A stretch of DNA of 62,897 nucleotides, filler included, from Bigelowiella natans CCMP2755 (GCA_000320545.1; 7 parts of 7 records of this genome joined end to end with filler, not necessarily neighbours in it), one strand, 5' to 3'; counted from the first letter of the whole stretch, positions 48,025 through 62,288 are shown. Notes: generated by a model not told the origin, from the letters alone. Made by a program: numbers and translations.

Positions 48025-48944
48025 AATATATATAATTTTTTGAAAAAAATCTGACACCCTGAAATTTCCGCCTCGTTTCCCATTTCTAGCCCGAACGTCT
48101 TCGTCATCCAACTGTGTGTATGAAAGCAGTAACGATGAGGAGAATGACAACGATGAAAGGGCAGCAGCAGCAAAAGCAGGAACGAAAGTAAGAATTATTA
48201 GAAAACAATCCTAAAGGGAAATGTGGTTGGCTGCATTACTCGTTGATCTGCTCGTTGATCGCTGGGGTTAGGAAGTAGCGGATGTAATCATTAAGTAGAG
48301 CAAAAATGATCATCCAGAAGCTGGTATTATTACACAAGAGAATAAGAACCAAGACAGGAGTAAATTAAACATGGGAAACCCCCACGGCTAGATGAACTAG
48401 CAACAGCACACACACACACACACACACGCACATAAGAACCAGAATTACGCCGAATCAAAAAAGGAGGAACCCGAGGATCGGGAAGAAGCCATTCCATTTG
48501 TCCCCGCCGGATTTTAGGCCGCCCCCAGCTTCCTTATTCTCCCCGCCGTCCAATGTGTACGACGTCAGTAAGAGGTTGTCAGCTGAAATCGGAAAAACTC
48601 TTAATCACACACATCCCTTGCGCAGAGAGTGCCACGCACATACACCAAATGTATCACCAGTTGTGACAAAAAGAAGGGTAAGTAGTCTTACCGTAAATTA
48701 CGAATGCCGCGAGCATGTGCACCCACACCTGGTTGTGAAACCACCAAAGTAACAACAGAAAAGCCATCCACTATGAGCGCACATGATAACTCGTTTTTGT
48801 CGTTTTGATCGCCACTGCCGTTGTGCCCCCACCCCCTAACAAATCAACTTGCGAATCATCTTACGTACCCCCCACTTCGCCACCCACATCGCATTGTTGA
48901 ATACGAGTAAGCCTAAAGAAGTACAGACAGGGGAATGAGTGCTA

Positions 48945-48983
<39 letters not shown>

Positions 48984-50539
48984 AAAGAGACAGACAAAGA
49001 AAGTGAAAATGAAAATGAAAATGAAAAAAAAATAAACAAAAAGACAAAGGAAGAGAGGAGCATAAAGCCATAATGCACTGGCAGATCTGCTCGATATCCT
49101 CTGCCGGCCGCTGCAGCAAGGAGGTCATCCAAAGGAAATATACAGCATTTGTTTGGGACAAGTTTACCTAAGTAATCTGGCTTGCGGTAATGACGTAGAA
49201 TAGCCCATTTTTCCACAGCCCAGCCGACAAACAAAGAGACGCCAAAGATCCAGTATAAGATGGGTATTCCTGTATCATCATTCGGTGTAGTCGGTGAGTG
49301 CTTAACGAAGGGAAAAGGGCTCATAATAATCGACGGAGATTGGGGGGAAAGAACAGGAGGAAATGAGAGTGGATACCTGGCGAGAATGTCAATGCAAGGA
49401 ACATCTGGGCAAGAAGATTCGCATACTTCTGGCCTGGAAGATATGGAAAAGAGGGTGAAATGGCAGTTGGATAAACACGCACATGCGCACATACACACAT
49501 TAAGTGTATATACATCAATGAGTAATATTAACTTATTATTGCCCAGGAAACAGAGGGCCGGAAAGAGGTGTAAATTTTGCGCTTACCCATGTAGAATTCA
49601 TTAGGCTTGTATATTTCATTGAGCTCTTCTTGCGAAAGACTATCAAGACTTTTTCGTGCCAGCCTACACGTCGAAAGCCTTCAGTCAAGGAGTCGCATAT
49701 CCACATATACACGCATATACGCATACATGCGGCAAGCACGCTTACAATGAACACAAAAGTTGAGTTTGAAACTATTAGGATCTTCTTCTTCTACTTACTA
49801 CTAATAACAATATTGGCAATACCATCGCCTGAAGACGCCATACAGTGCATACGTAAACGGCATCATGTTCACAGATATGGAAAGGATGGCACTAAGTTCC
49901 ACTTGATATCCTGAAAGGAAGCAGAACGAGCGCCAGCGTCGGCGAGAAAACAAGCTCATCAACGCAGATGTTAGCCAATAGCATGTGCGCGCGCGCACGC
50001 GTGCATGTGTTTGTATCAAGGTATACTGTACTGCAGATTTGGTGTATGTGTTGTTTATGCTGGCTTCATATACAGTTTAAATACACACACGGGAAGGTTT
50101 GAGGTAGTTTGTGGGTGAGAAATCATACCTATTGTTTTGTACCAGTCGGAATTTAACTCTGCAAGATATGAACACAGCACATGCACACAACGTACTCGTA
50201 AAATTAATCTAGGTATGTGGTAAGATATATGTGTGCGTGTGTGTGTGTATGCGCCACGGATTCTGTTAAAAAAATTAGGTGGGCCAGCAAGCATTGATGA
50301 TTATCTTGCCACTTGACAGAAAAAGCACCTTTATGTTCAGCTCCACGAAACCTGGGAGATACAAAGGCAAAGATTTCACCGATTATTCCAGGATAAGCAG
50401 ATATAACGCTGCTAATACAGCGAGTTTATTTATTGTGTGTGTATTTTTTTATTTGTGTGTGTGTGTGTGCCTGCCCGTGAGCATGCGCCAATCATTTCAT
50501 CATCTTGCGGTCGTAGGCTTGAACTTTGCTAGCGGTGAC
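47148..50539 (-). CDS. Multi-pass membrane protein, TMC/OSCA/anoctamin-superfamily-like (5' truncated)
   Basis: SQEELNEIYKPNEFYMGKR|YANLLAQMFLALTFSP|GIPILYWIFGVSLFVGWAVEKWAILRHYRKP and NSDWYKTIG. Confidence 0.6.
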
Positions 50540-50688
50540 NNNNNNNNNNNNNNNNNNNNNNNNNNNNNNNNNNNNNNNNNNNNTTAATTAATTAANNNNN
50601 NNNNNNNNNNNNNNNNNNNNNNNNNNNNNNNNNNNNNNNCGTCGTAGTGTTGTGTGTGTGTTGTGTGTGTGCGAGTAGTAGTATATCG

Positions 50689-50729
<41 letters not shown>

Positions 50730-50731
50730 AG

Positions 50732-50829
50732 GCAATTACGGAGAGTTTGAAAGCTTTACAGTGTGAGAACGGTTGCTTCAAATGTGCGACATCAGAGGTA
50801 CTCAGGCGGCTCTCCCTCTCCCCCTCCCC

Positions 50830-50867
<38 letters not shown>

Positions 50868-51158
50868 TACATTGGTGCTTCTTCGTCATTCGCATTGTGT
50901 ATATTGTCGTAATATATGTTGGCGCTGCTGCTGCTGCTGCTGCTGCTACTACTGTTTAGGAGGATGACATGAGGTTTATGTACTGTGCGTGTGCTATTTC
51001 GGAGATGCTTGGAGATTGGTCAGGGGTAAGTGGGCGCAGCAGCATTATAGTGCTTGACGCTCTCAGATGATAATGGCTTGCGGTCGTTCGCTACCGTCAT
51101 CATCATCTTGATATTCTTCTTCTTCATCAACCACCGTGTCTGTGGAAACAAACACGGG

Positions 51159-51190
<32 letters not shown>

Positions 51191-52067
51191 CTCTCGGTAG
51201 GTTGATAAGAAAAAGGCCGTGAAGTATATTCAGGAGTCACAGGTGTTGCCTCCTCTTCTTCTTCTTCTTCTTCTTCCTATCACTCCCCCTCCTCCTCCTC
51301 CCCCTCCTCCTCCTCCTCCTCCTCCTCGAGATGTCCTCATACCAATGGTTGCTATTCACCTCTCCCAGGAAGAGAATAGCAGCCGCCTGATAGGTGTTGT
51401 CGCTCATTCATCTTACACGTCTTGACAAAGAATTATTGTTGTTCTTGTTGTTGTTGTTGTTGTTGTTGTTTCAAAGGCGTTTGATGGAGGGATCGGTCTT
51501 CGAGTAGGAGCGGAGGGCCACGGCGGCACGACCTATTGCGCTATCGCCTCGCTTGTTCTTATGGGTCGCCTCAAGGATCTTCCGGTTGACTCAACTCACG
51601 ATTTTGGAACCGACCCCCTCCCGCTGTATATTTTTGGAGTTTGGGGGTATGCGCGAGGGGAGAGGGAAAAGACCGATAATTCTTGCCCTGTAACGTAATG
51701 TATCGACGCATAATGCATCGCTGTGCCCTCTTTCTCCCCCCCCCCCTAAATAGGACCGCGAGGCGCTCATTCGATGGTGCATGTATGGGCAGGGTAAACT
51801 ATAATCACAACGACAAATTATAGGGAATATGATGATGATGATTTTGATGATGATGATTAGATGGAAAAGTAGCTGATAATTTTGACGAATATGTAGCCTT
51901 TGAAATATTCTTAATTATTGTGTATGCTTTCCACCCCCCCCCCCCCCCCCATTCCCAACACTCACACCACAAACGTTTGATTCAATACCTGGCAGGTGCT
52001 GGGTTTGTAGGGAGGCCGAACAAGCCTCCTGATAGCTGCTACTCCTTTGGATCGGTGATGATGACTA

Positions 52068-52101
<34 letters not shown>

Positions 52102-52350
52102 CTAGAAGGATGGGGGGGGGAGGATGAGGATGGCGGTATGTGGGTATATGCAGCAGTTTTAGTAGCTTTGAGGATGGAAAAACGGTGTACTTATCTCTGT
52201 CTCCCATGCCCTCCTTTGCATACGAACGATATCAGGAGCAACGATGAAGATGCTTGGAGTGTACGATCTCACGGCCTGTCAGGAGAATAGAAAGTAAAGC
52301 CATCCAGAGCTACGTTCATACACGAAATACGTGAAGGACACCATTGCATC

Positions 52351-52385
<35 letters not shown>

Positions 52386-52442
52386 ATATATATTTATTGT
52401 TATATCTAAAATATGTTATTTATTATCTTGCTTTACGTATAA

Positions 52443-52538
<96 letters not shown>

Positions 52539-53069
52539 AAAACAGATTCAACCTATCTTGCCAGACGACGATGGGTGGATTTGGCAAGTACCCAGATTCT
52601 TTTCCGGATCCTCTACACTCGTACTTCGGGTCGTAGTAGTGATAGTATTAGGAGTAGGCGCATAACACACGCTTGAAACATCAGCATTTGTGCGACTAGA
52701 GCACCCAGAAGACATTGCATTGCAACGATAATACCCCTACCCTGTGACGTATATAATAAGAAAATAATGATGAAATGAAAAAACGAAATAAACCTTGGGT
52801 GTTTTCCCCGCCCCCCCGCCCCACGCACGGTGCTGGAGAGAAACACATCCTGAAAATGCTGCGTCGCACTGTCTACGACATTGCTGGCCACCGCATTAGT
52901 TCTCCGGCATTCTTTTGAAATATAACCGCTCATTCTCAGGATTTGCGGGCTGAGCTTCATGGGGGTTGACGAGTGCTTACTGCCGGTGGATCCTGTGTGG
53001 GGAATCACAGAGCGCGCGAAAAAGAGAGCGCTGAAGCTACGAGCTGACGCTACCGCTGCTTCGAACTAA
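50732..53069 (+). CDS. PGGT1B: Geranylgeranyltransferase type I beta subunit (5' truncated)
   Basis: EDDMRFMYCACAIS, FDGGIG..AEGHGGTTYCAIASL, GFVGRPNKPPDSCYSFWIG and GGFGKYPDSFPDPLHSYFG. Stop at 53067-53069. Confidence 0.9.
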
Positions 53070-54784
53070 GAGACATCTAGCAATCAAGGCGGACCGCCCT
53101 ATGTAAATTGTTAACAATGCTGCTACGTATTTAAATGCCTACATATAATTCTCTTTTGCGTTGCCCCTCGGTTTAGTTGAGCTGTCTTTGCGCTGTTTAC
53201 ATGTTGGGAAGCGCTACGTCCCTAGGTGTCCTGCTGCTATCGCACAGCTACCAAAATGCGTGCGGCCATGCTCTAGATGCTAGCATGTATGGTGAAAAGT
53301 GCATGCAGCTTTGCTGTCATTGTTAGATCTCAGTCGGTGGTAGCATCTATTGAACCTCTTATGTGCGAGCAATTGCGCTAGCTAGCCTAGCGCTCATGCT
53401 ATGAGTAAACTTTGCATTTAGGCTTCATTTGCAGTGCACCCTACCTAGCACGCTGTGTTAGAATCTAGAATGTGGCCGGCGAGGCTACATGTATGCTAGT
53501 ACATGTATGTGTGTCTACATCTCGATCATGTCATCTGCATTACATTATCAAGTCATTGCACGCTGTCCTCTAGCCCACCTGCCCATCAGCCGCACGCAAA
53601 ACAAATTTCTTGCCCACTCTGCAAAAAACAGCATGCCTCGACGTGCTTATTGCACTCGCTAGTAACTCGCTCCATGTTCCTCACTATTAGCACATGCAGA
53701 CCTCCATGCTATAGCATGCATGCACACTTGTATGGGGCCCACAACTAAAGGTGCTGCTGCCTCTAAGGTGGTCGCTTCATTTTGTTTGATGCAGATGATC
53801 AGTTTTTATCTATATTACTTGTATATTTGCGCGAATAAAGGTTAACTTCCTACCAAATGCCATCGCCCACGTATCTGTAGCTGTTTGCGCTGCAGGTGCC
53901 TTGCACACTAGTGCACACTAGCACATTAGGCGGTGTGTGCGCGACGATGCGATGCATGTAAAGCTAGCTAGCATGGGCTAGGCTAGTAGGTAGAGACAAG
54001 ACTGCTTGATCGAAAAATTGCGCCGCCGCCGGCAAACATAATCGCGACCACTGTAACGATGATTCAATCATCGCACGACGACGTACTGCGATCGATGCTT
54101 AGCAAGTGTTTGTTGAGCTTGTTGATGATGAAGATGGAGGCAGATATAGAATTACTATGTCTATTTTGCAGGGACATCACTAAATCATTGTGGCATATAG
54201 AACATGCATCATTTACATTTGAATTCTGTTGTGTTGTACGTCCAATTCAAATGCCAATTTCCAGCATTGCTTGCTAGAACAGTTATACAGTCAGATTGAG
54301 AATTAAAAAGTGTCTATGGTATTATTATTACGCACATCGATATCGAGCGTAGCGCCGGCGGGGTGCTGCTAGCTGCTAGCTAGCTAGTACATGTGTGTAC
54401 GACAAATGACACTACGTACGCGCTGACTAGTCACACACATCACCACCTCGCGAGTGTTACAGGAATTAGAAACTAGGTCTAGTGTAGGCTTGTGCATAGG
54501 TTGCTCGCTCGCGCCAGGATCAGATGAACAGGGTGTCGTAAGGTCGGCTACAAAATAACTCTAGAATGCGAGCGCGTCGCTGATCGGCGATGCGCCACAT
54601 GCGTGTGCATAAGCAAACACCATGTCCCAATTCAATTCGTAAATCAAACAATCTTGATATTTTTTATTGGAAATACTTGTAATTGCACGAGCAAAGGTTG
54701 TTCTAAGCTTGTGATTGATTCAATTGATCTTAGAGCAGCACCTATTAAGTATGTGCACATTGTATGTAGCTAATTTTTATCTTA

Positions 54785-55975
54785 TCATTTGAGATTTTTG
54801 TATGAAGATTTCATGTCCCCGTGGGAACTCGTTACTCCACTACGGGTAGAGGGTCTTGTTGACGCTCGGCTACGAGTGGATCCCCGTTTTTGCCTCAGAG
54901 CCTTCGCGGCTGCTTTCTTTTTCCTCTGCTCCTTTCTCTTCTGCACGATTTGTTTGTATAGGGTTTTGCGATATTCACTAATTGAGAATCTAACGTTATC
55001 GTCAATTGATATCTTTATGGGTTTCGACATTGTAATTTCTTCGTCCGTGTTGCTAAACTGCTTTAAGTATGGGTGTTTAAGGGCTTCTGTGGACGTGATT
55101 CGTTTTTCGGGATTGAACTGAAGTAGTTTTCCTAAGAGATCTAATGCGTCGGTCGATGCGTTTGGGTACAAAGAACGAAGTGTTTTCCTCTCTTTGACGC
55201 TAATGTTCTCGAGCATGCTGGAAGTGTAGCGCGACCTTATCGCCGCCATATCCTCCTTGCTCGGAAATCCCGTGACAGCAATAACCTTTTCTAGCTGGTT
55301 GATTGTCGAGTCTCCAGGAAACATCGGATTCCCCCCAACGAGTTCTCCCAAAATGCATCCTATGGACCACATGTCGACCGACTTGCTGTACTTCGTCGAG
55401 CCAAGTAGGATTTCTGGCGCTCTATACCATCGGGTCGCAACGTAATCGGTGAGGACAACATTGGTGTTGTCTACGTCTAAGTTCTCGCAAGACCGCGCAA
55501 GGCCAAAATCGATAAGTTTGCAGTGACAGTCAGAATTCAAGAGAACGTTACTAGGCTTCATATCTCGATGGATCAGCTCTCCAGAGTGTAAAAACTTAAG
55601 AGCCTTAATTATTTGATAAAGGATATACTTCTTGTGCACCTGCTCAAGGATATTTGCTCGGATAACCGCATGGAGATTTATTTCCATGTACTCAAAGACC
55701 AAATAAATATCTCTGTCATTATCAGCTTTCAGAACGTTGAGGAGCCGAATGATATTTGGATGAGAAGTCATGTTAAGTTCTTGCAAGAACATGATCTCTC
55801 GGAAAGTTCTTTGCGCATCAGTAGAGTTTTGGAATGCATCGAAGATCTTCTTCAAAGCCACTGTGCGTCGTGTCTTACGATCAGTTGCTTTCCACACAAT
55901 ACCGTAAGCTCCCTTCCCAACTCGCTTACCCACTTCGTACTTCCGAAGGATATGTTTATCGATTTCCTCGCTCAT
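54785..55975 (-). CDS. MAPK15: MAP kinase of the ERK7/ERK8 (MAPK15) type, intronless CDS, 396 aa
   Basis: MSEEIDKHILRKY, GKGAYGIVWKA, KKIFDAFQNSTDAQRTFREIMFLQE, HRDMKPSN, DFG and TDYVATRWYRAPE. Confidence 0.95.
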   Translation of the reverse strand: MSEEIDKHILRKYEVGKRVGKGAYGIVWKATDRKTRRTVALKKIFDAFQNSTDAQRTFREIMFLQELNMTSHPNIIRLLNVLKADNDRDIYLVFEYMEINLHAVIRANILEQVHKKYILYQIIKALKFLHSGELIHRDMKPSNVLLNSDCHCKLIDFGLARSCENLDVDNTNVVLTDYVATRWYRAPEILLGSTKYSKSVDMWSIGCILGELVGGNPMFPGDSTINQLEKVIAVTGFPSKEDMAAIRSRYTSSMLENISVKERKTLRSLYPNASTDALDLLGKLLQFNPEKRITSTEALKHPYLKQFSNTDEEITMSKPIKISIDDNVRFSISEYRKTLYKQIVQKRKEQRKKKAAAKALRQKRGSTRSRASTRPSTRSGVTSSHGDMKSSYKNLK

Positions 55976-57542
55976 CTAAATATTGAAAAGGTGAATCAGT
56001 TTGGCATTCGACACTCTTGAAATTTATACGTTTCAATATATTTAACTATGTGGTAATTAGCATTGGGGGGGCGGACACTAGACGAATACACATGGAACGT
56101 TATAACCTAGAGAAAGTGATTTTCGCCTTCTTCAATTTTCTTTTCGATTTTCCTGGACAGCTTTCTTAATGTTGTGGACTCAGAATTCTTCGTTTCACCA
56201 CAGAGTAGCCTATGGGTCTACTAGCAGGGCATAATGCTACACGTATCCCTTCACTTCGCGATCCTTCTTGGATGAATGATGCAATGGCGGGGGGAGGTGG
56301 AGGCTAATGTAACTAATTAGGCAGAAGTTGCGTTGTGCGACAACACTCGTTTGGAAAAATCTACAGTAAAAATTTGTTTTCTTCTTAAAAATATTTGTCG
56401 TAGGTAATAAATACAACTCATCATTGATTCTGTTACTGAGAATAATATTTTTAAAATGGATGCATTGGACGTTTCTGTTTCTGCACACGCAGAATAAAAC
56501 GCGTTTACCCTTTGCTTCTTTTTATCTGAATAATCTAATAAGGACATAAATTATATCTACGACATCACATATTTTATGTCTCTCAAAAAGTCACAGGAGG
56601 TGTTGCTTTTGGGAAAATAAGCAGCGTTTTCTTGAAAACGAATCAGCTTTGCTGTTGCTGTCGATCTTCTGTAAACCCGACGGAATAAAAATTAATCGCA
56701 AGAAATCTGTAAAAAATAATCCCTAATGCCAAGCTTATTTAATATTTTTGCAAATCGATACTTTCATCTTAAGCTGATCTTTTTCCCTTTGTTATTTTTA
56801 GGTAATAACAATGTTTGCCGCGAGTGCCCGAGTCCCACACCGCGCGTCAATTCTGAGCAGTGCAGAATGTCCAGAATGATCTGAAATTTGAAAGCCGTAG
56901 TTTGGAAACGTGTCCTTCTCGGAGCAAGATGTGCTGTTTTTAATTTCAGATCTGCAAGCTGCGGGGTTCCAAGCACTTTTGCCTGAGCTTCCGAGCAAAA
57001 CGTACAAAAAGTTGGATGAATCAACGGTCCTTTCCCAGCATGCCAAGGGTCTCGCGCGCTGGGAAGCGCAGGAATCGCACTGAAGCGCAGCAGAAAATTC
57101 CCATTTTCTCCGCAAGCTAGAGGGTTCGATAAGTAGCGACGAGGAAATTGACATGTCTTTTTTATGAATTGGGTCCCTATTTTGAAATCGACCGGGAATC
57201 CCGAAAGAGGAAACATCCTCTGTCATCATCAGCGCATCGGCAATCACCCATCAAGGGAGGAGTATTCTTCGCCGTAATCCGCGACGGGTGGTGGGCTTCC
57301 CCCCCTCCTAACCTTTCAAAATGCAGGCGATGCTGCTCGCAGTTGCCAGGATTCTCCTTCTCTTAATCCTANNNNNNNNNNNNNNNNNNNNNNNNNNNNN
57401 NNNNNNNNNNNNNNNTTAATTAATTAANNNNNNNNNNNNNNNNNNNNNNNNNNNNNNNNNNNNNNNNNNNNCCTCCCCCCCCCCCCCCGTTTACTGGTGA
57501 AAGGACGCACAAGGTGTGGTGATGGCGTCACGGCACATAGTG

Positions 57543-58303
57543 CTAACACGTACTGTTTGAAAAGCCTGTTGCGCGATTTGCAGCTCCATCTTTTCTCGTG
57601 CCCCCCCCGATCTCATCATTGCTATCTGGGCGTTGCGGAGCCTCTGGGAGGAAAAGAGCACAGTTAACTTTCACTACGAGCGGGAAGGCAAGGAGTAGAC
57701 TGACACTTTCGCAAATATTGTTCCCGTGCGCATGTGCGCATCTTATTCTGAAGCGGGGATGATATCGGTAGCGCGGGCTGTACATATGAACAGACCTGGC
57801 TTGCTTCATTGAGCTGTTCCTGGAAGGGGTTCCCGTCATTCTTTGATTCCATCATCTGGCGTGATTGATTTATTTATTGATTGGTTCATAGATGCACATT
57901 TGTTTCAACGATGGGGATCCGAATCAAAATAGGTGCGATAACATTACCAGTTTGTGCACGCGTGTAACGCACACGCAGACACGCACGCATATTTGTATGT
58001 GTGGGGGGAGGGGGTGAGAGAGAGAGAGGGAGAGATAGAGAGAGAAGGAAGAGAAACACGCGTAAATATTTGCAACCACATACACAACATGCATCTATAA
58101 TTATGCCGCATTAAATCGCTTTCATCAGAAGGGCAGAGTGAGGCAATTGCCCATATTAAGCTTCTATTCTTCGGAACCGGATCGATTCCTTGAAGCTGCT
58201 GTCCTTTCGAGTCACCCCCTACGACCTCCCCGAGCACAGGCTCGCCAGAGGTCATATGCTGCCTATTTCCTGCGTCACTGAAAATGTCCTTCCCGTCCAT
58301 CAT
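57543..58303 (-). CDS. Hypothetical multi-exon protein fragment
   Basis: Exon-like segments with GT-AG ends (MDGKDIFSDAG..., MMESKNDGNPFQEQLNEASQ). No family recognised. Confidence 0.3.
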
Positions 58304-59951
58304 TGTCTCTAGTATGATGATGTAGACATCACCTCAAATCAGATGGATGGAGAGAAGGGTGATGACGAATTATGAATCAAATTACATTCTGTTTCTACTC
58401 TGCGCCCTCCTGGCCCTTCCGATGCGCTCGAATCAAAATCTGAAAGGAAGGTTGGATCGAACTCCCCCCGAATTGGATGGATGGCACACACGGTGTGCAC
58501 TACACCAAAGGGGGTCGGGGGCTCAATCGTTTGCCCAAGATTCTGCTGTAGTGAGATGTGGAGATTTGCCATTCGTAAAGCCAAAAAAAAAAGATATTCT
58601 GTGGTTAAAAAAGGGAAATGAACTGAGATCTATCCTTTCCCACTGGAAGAATAAATCTGAGAGGAGAGGAAAATTCTCAAATTATTTATCGTTAAATTAT
58701 CGTAAAAAAATAGCGAACTCTAATGAATGTTTTTTGACTTATTGTTATTGTTGTAGGAAACCAAATGGCTGGAAATTTCACATCTCAATTGAGATTCTCA
58801 TCTCAATTTGTCCGGCCGCCAAGTCTCCTGAAGACCTAAAAAAAAAAAAAAAAAAAAAAAGCCTCAAACCTAAAAATCAAAAGAAAAAAGTTTATTAGTC
58901 CCATAAGTCACAAATTTTGCCATGTTTTGCCATGCAAATTTTGACTTTCGCAATGTCCGTTATGAGACAACATCCACTATGAAAATCACTTCGGTGTAAC
59001 AACATAGCTGGGAAGTCAAGGGCGCGAAAAGATTAACTAACTAACTAACTAACATTTCAAAACTATGGAAATCCTAGGAAATCCAGGAAATGGAGGATAT
59101 TTTAACTGCTACGACAAGCAGATTCCTCGAGGCTACCGCGAAGACCAAGATCAAATCTGTAAATCGGATGAAGAGTACTGAGTAGATCTTGTCTCTGCGA
59201 TTTTACCTCGCTTCTTTCCTAGGTCTGAAAGGACAATGTGCATGTCGCTGTGTGAAAAAGAGTCCCATTTCCATCTTTTTTAGTGAAGTTGCTACCCTTT
59301 TCATCTAATTATTATTACGTTGAATCCTGTGTTCTCATTAGGCTCCTACACACTTTCCCCACCCCTCGAACGGACGCCTGAGCCGATTGGTGTCCTCCCT
59401 GCACTCAAGGCTACATCTCCAAATATCCAGGTTTGTCTTTGGTTATGGTGATACTTGTCTCTCCTCCCCTATTTGCGCGAAAATAGCGCGTGAGCATGTA
59501 CACCCGTTGTGTTCGGCATGGAACTGCTCGCCACAGCGTCGCGAACTCCTCGAGAATAAGCACAATAGTGTCTTCAAACTCTGGTCGTTGATCACCGTCA
59601 ACTTCCAGTGTGCAAGGGAAACGTCTTAATGTTTGCCGGCTTGGTTATTCGAACCGTGGCCTACTATACATTGCAATGATCACTCTAGTAGATTAGGCGA
59701 AAACTCTCTGAAGAAAAACTATACATTTCGAAGCAATGCGCTTAAGAGAATCTAGATCGCGGCCACGCAAGTGAGAGACTAAAAACCGAATCTCCCCCAC
59801 CCAATTAGGAATCTGGCATTCATGCGTTGGTGAACGAACAAGTAGCAGTGAAGTCAAGGTGCACGCAACGAGCAGCTCTTGACAAGACAAACCAGGGAAC
59901 TACCGATTATCACTTAACACATACCCGGGGAGAAGAAAGGGCTTGCGCGCC

Positions 59952-60593
59952 ATGATGTCGCAGCAGCAGCCGAGCCGGTTCGAGGAGAAATCGGTCCAGT
60001 TACTCGATAGGTATACGGCACTCATCGCATGCCTTTGCGCGTTTTGTTATGTTTCTGCCTCGACGACACACACCGCCGCCTTCTCCCATTCTGCTGCGAT
60101 ACGAGTGGCGGAGTAGAGAAACGGGCAGTGAAGACGATGATGCTGCTCCTCGACACACGTGCGTGCCTACTTACCCCTACCTACCTACCGCAGGATGACA
60201 AGCATAATGGTGAGGGCGGCCAACAATCCGGCTGACTCCAAGACAGAGGGAGACTATTCCACGACGTGCTTCGACGCAGCTATGATGGTTTGTTCAACCC
60301 CGTTCTCTCTTCCTCCCCTCTCTTCTTCTCCCCTGCTATCTTTCGAGAATAAATTCCTCCCAAAGTTTCAGCTGGCGGGGGGAGGGTGGGGGGGAGGAGG
60401 GGGAGATATGCATGTATTGCTGTGAATACGGGTGAATATGGCTTCGTTGATTGCGATTCTCATGATGCTTTTTCCTGCGCATACTGACTAACACAATGGA
60501 ATACTCCGCTTGCGCGAGTAGCTTCGTGAAATGCTACAGTGCTGGAAATCGAAGGCGTTCCATCAATGCTGCAGGAATAGCCTCCTGTTCGCC
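59952..60593 (+). CDS. Hypothetical protein, 5' exons (truncated at gap)
   Basis: Three exons splice in frame: MMSQQQPSRFEEKSVQLLDR|MTSIMVRAANNPAD...FDAAMM|LREMLQCWKSKAF. Confidence 0.45.
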
Positions 60594-60828
60594 NNNNNNN
60601 NNNNNNNNNNNNNNNNNNNNNNNNNNNNNNNNNNNNNTTAATTAATTAANNNNNNNNNNNNNNNNNNNNNNNNNNNNNNNNNNNNNNNNNNNNGGGGGGG
60701 GGGGGGGGCACAACCCCGGATGCACTACTCTTCTTCTTCGCTGTGGTGAAGTGAAGCTGATGATGGTGGTACTATCCTGATGAATGATGTGGATGATGAT
60801 GTGACACGAACAGCGTTGGCGGCAGTAG

Positions 60829-61279
60829 GGAGGGGGCAGAAGTACCCTTCGACTTCAATCACCCCTTAGAAGCGGTAACGCCGGAGAAGAACAACAATCA
60901 CGCTGCTATAGAATACGACGTCGAGCTGATCATGCCCCCCCAAGAGGTGCGCCGCGACGATGATGATGGATGTGTTGTTGCTTAAGATTGATTGATGATT
61001 TTGCTCATTTGATTTCATACGCGTAACGGTGATGATGATGATGAAGAAGAAGAAGATGATGATGTATGCAAAACGACGTTTTGCAGCGGGAAGAGGCTAA
61101 GAAAGAATCATCATATGGGGAGCTCAATAGTGAGCGGAAGGTTCTCCCACCACCACCACCACCACCATCACCATCACCATCACCATCATCATCATCATCA
61201 TCATCATCACTTATCTCTGGGGAAGGCACCGGATCTGTGCGTCTCTCTCATCATTTCATCCATCCCAAAGCGTGTTATG

Positions 61280-61318
<39 letters not shown>

Positions 61319-62288
61319 ATGTATAAGCTCTCAGTTAAGACACAACTACTACTACCAGGACTTCAGCTCATACTCGACAGTTGTCACAAGCAAGCCCTTT
61401 GGAATGTCCTTGGATCAAGGTCCGCTCTCTCCATGCAATTTACATCTCTCTTTTAATATCCCTCCCCCCTCCCCCTCCCTCCCTCCCTCCCTCTTCTCTC
61501 TTCCTTTCATTTCGTTATCTTTATGCGTATTCTCGAGATCTCAGTAAAAGAGTATTTGAGGTGATGCTAGTTGTCTCATCGTTATCATCAACATCAGACT
61601 TACGCGTAATATCGGCCAAAAGTCCAGCTGATAAAGAGGTACTACTCCTATCTATACTCGCCGTTCCGTCTGTCCTCCCCGCCCCCCATTTTTCTGGTGG
61701 GCAAGGGTGATGAAGGAAGAGCTATTTGCACTATAATTCTCCCGTTATCTCCTCAAATATAGCTTCGGGGACCAACCCCCCTCCCCCCCCCCCCCTCCCC
61801 TTTCATGTTGAGTTGCCGGGGAATGCTTTCTTTTTCTTTGGTGGTATTTCTCCTCTTTCCTTTCCTCCTTCCTCTTCTTCTTCTTCTTCTTCTTCTTCTT
61901 CGTTGATCTTCAATGACCCACTGGTTATTATTTCTAGAAGAAGATGGTAGCAGTAGCAGCAGCAGCAGCAGTAGTAGAGGAATTGGTACTCGTGAATGGC
62001 ATTCGATAATGACGTGAGCGAGACATTTTTCAGCATCATCAACATCATCATCATCATCATCATCAGGGAATAATGTGTGGAGATCGATTGGAGAAGATTG
62101 CTGGCCAAAGCGTCACATCCGACAGTTGGAAGTAGCCTCCTCCTCCTCCTCATCCTCATCAACATCATTTTATTGCCTACTGCCTCGTTATTCAGGAAGC
62201 AGTTCTTTGATGAGAAAGTGCCGTTTGCGCTTACGATGTCCAGACCGAAGGTGCTGTGCGGATATAATATAAATATATATATTTAAAA

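Noticed and set aside
56764-57247. Two overlapping ~150-aa minus-strand ORFs
   Set aside because: No motif and no consistent splice structure; they could be chance ORFs or UTR/promoter sequence.
59034-59053. (CTAA)n short repeat, telomere-like
   Set aside because: Only about 5 units, internal, in an SSR-rich genome.
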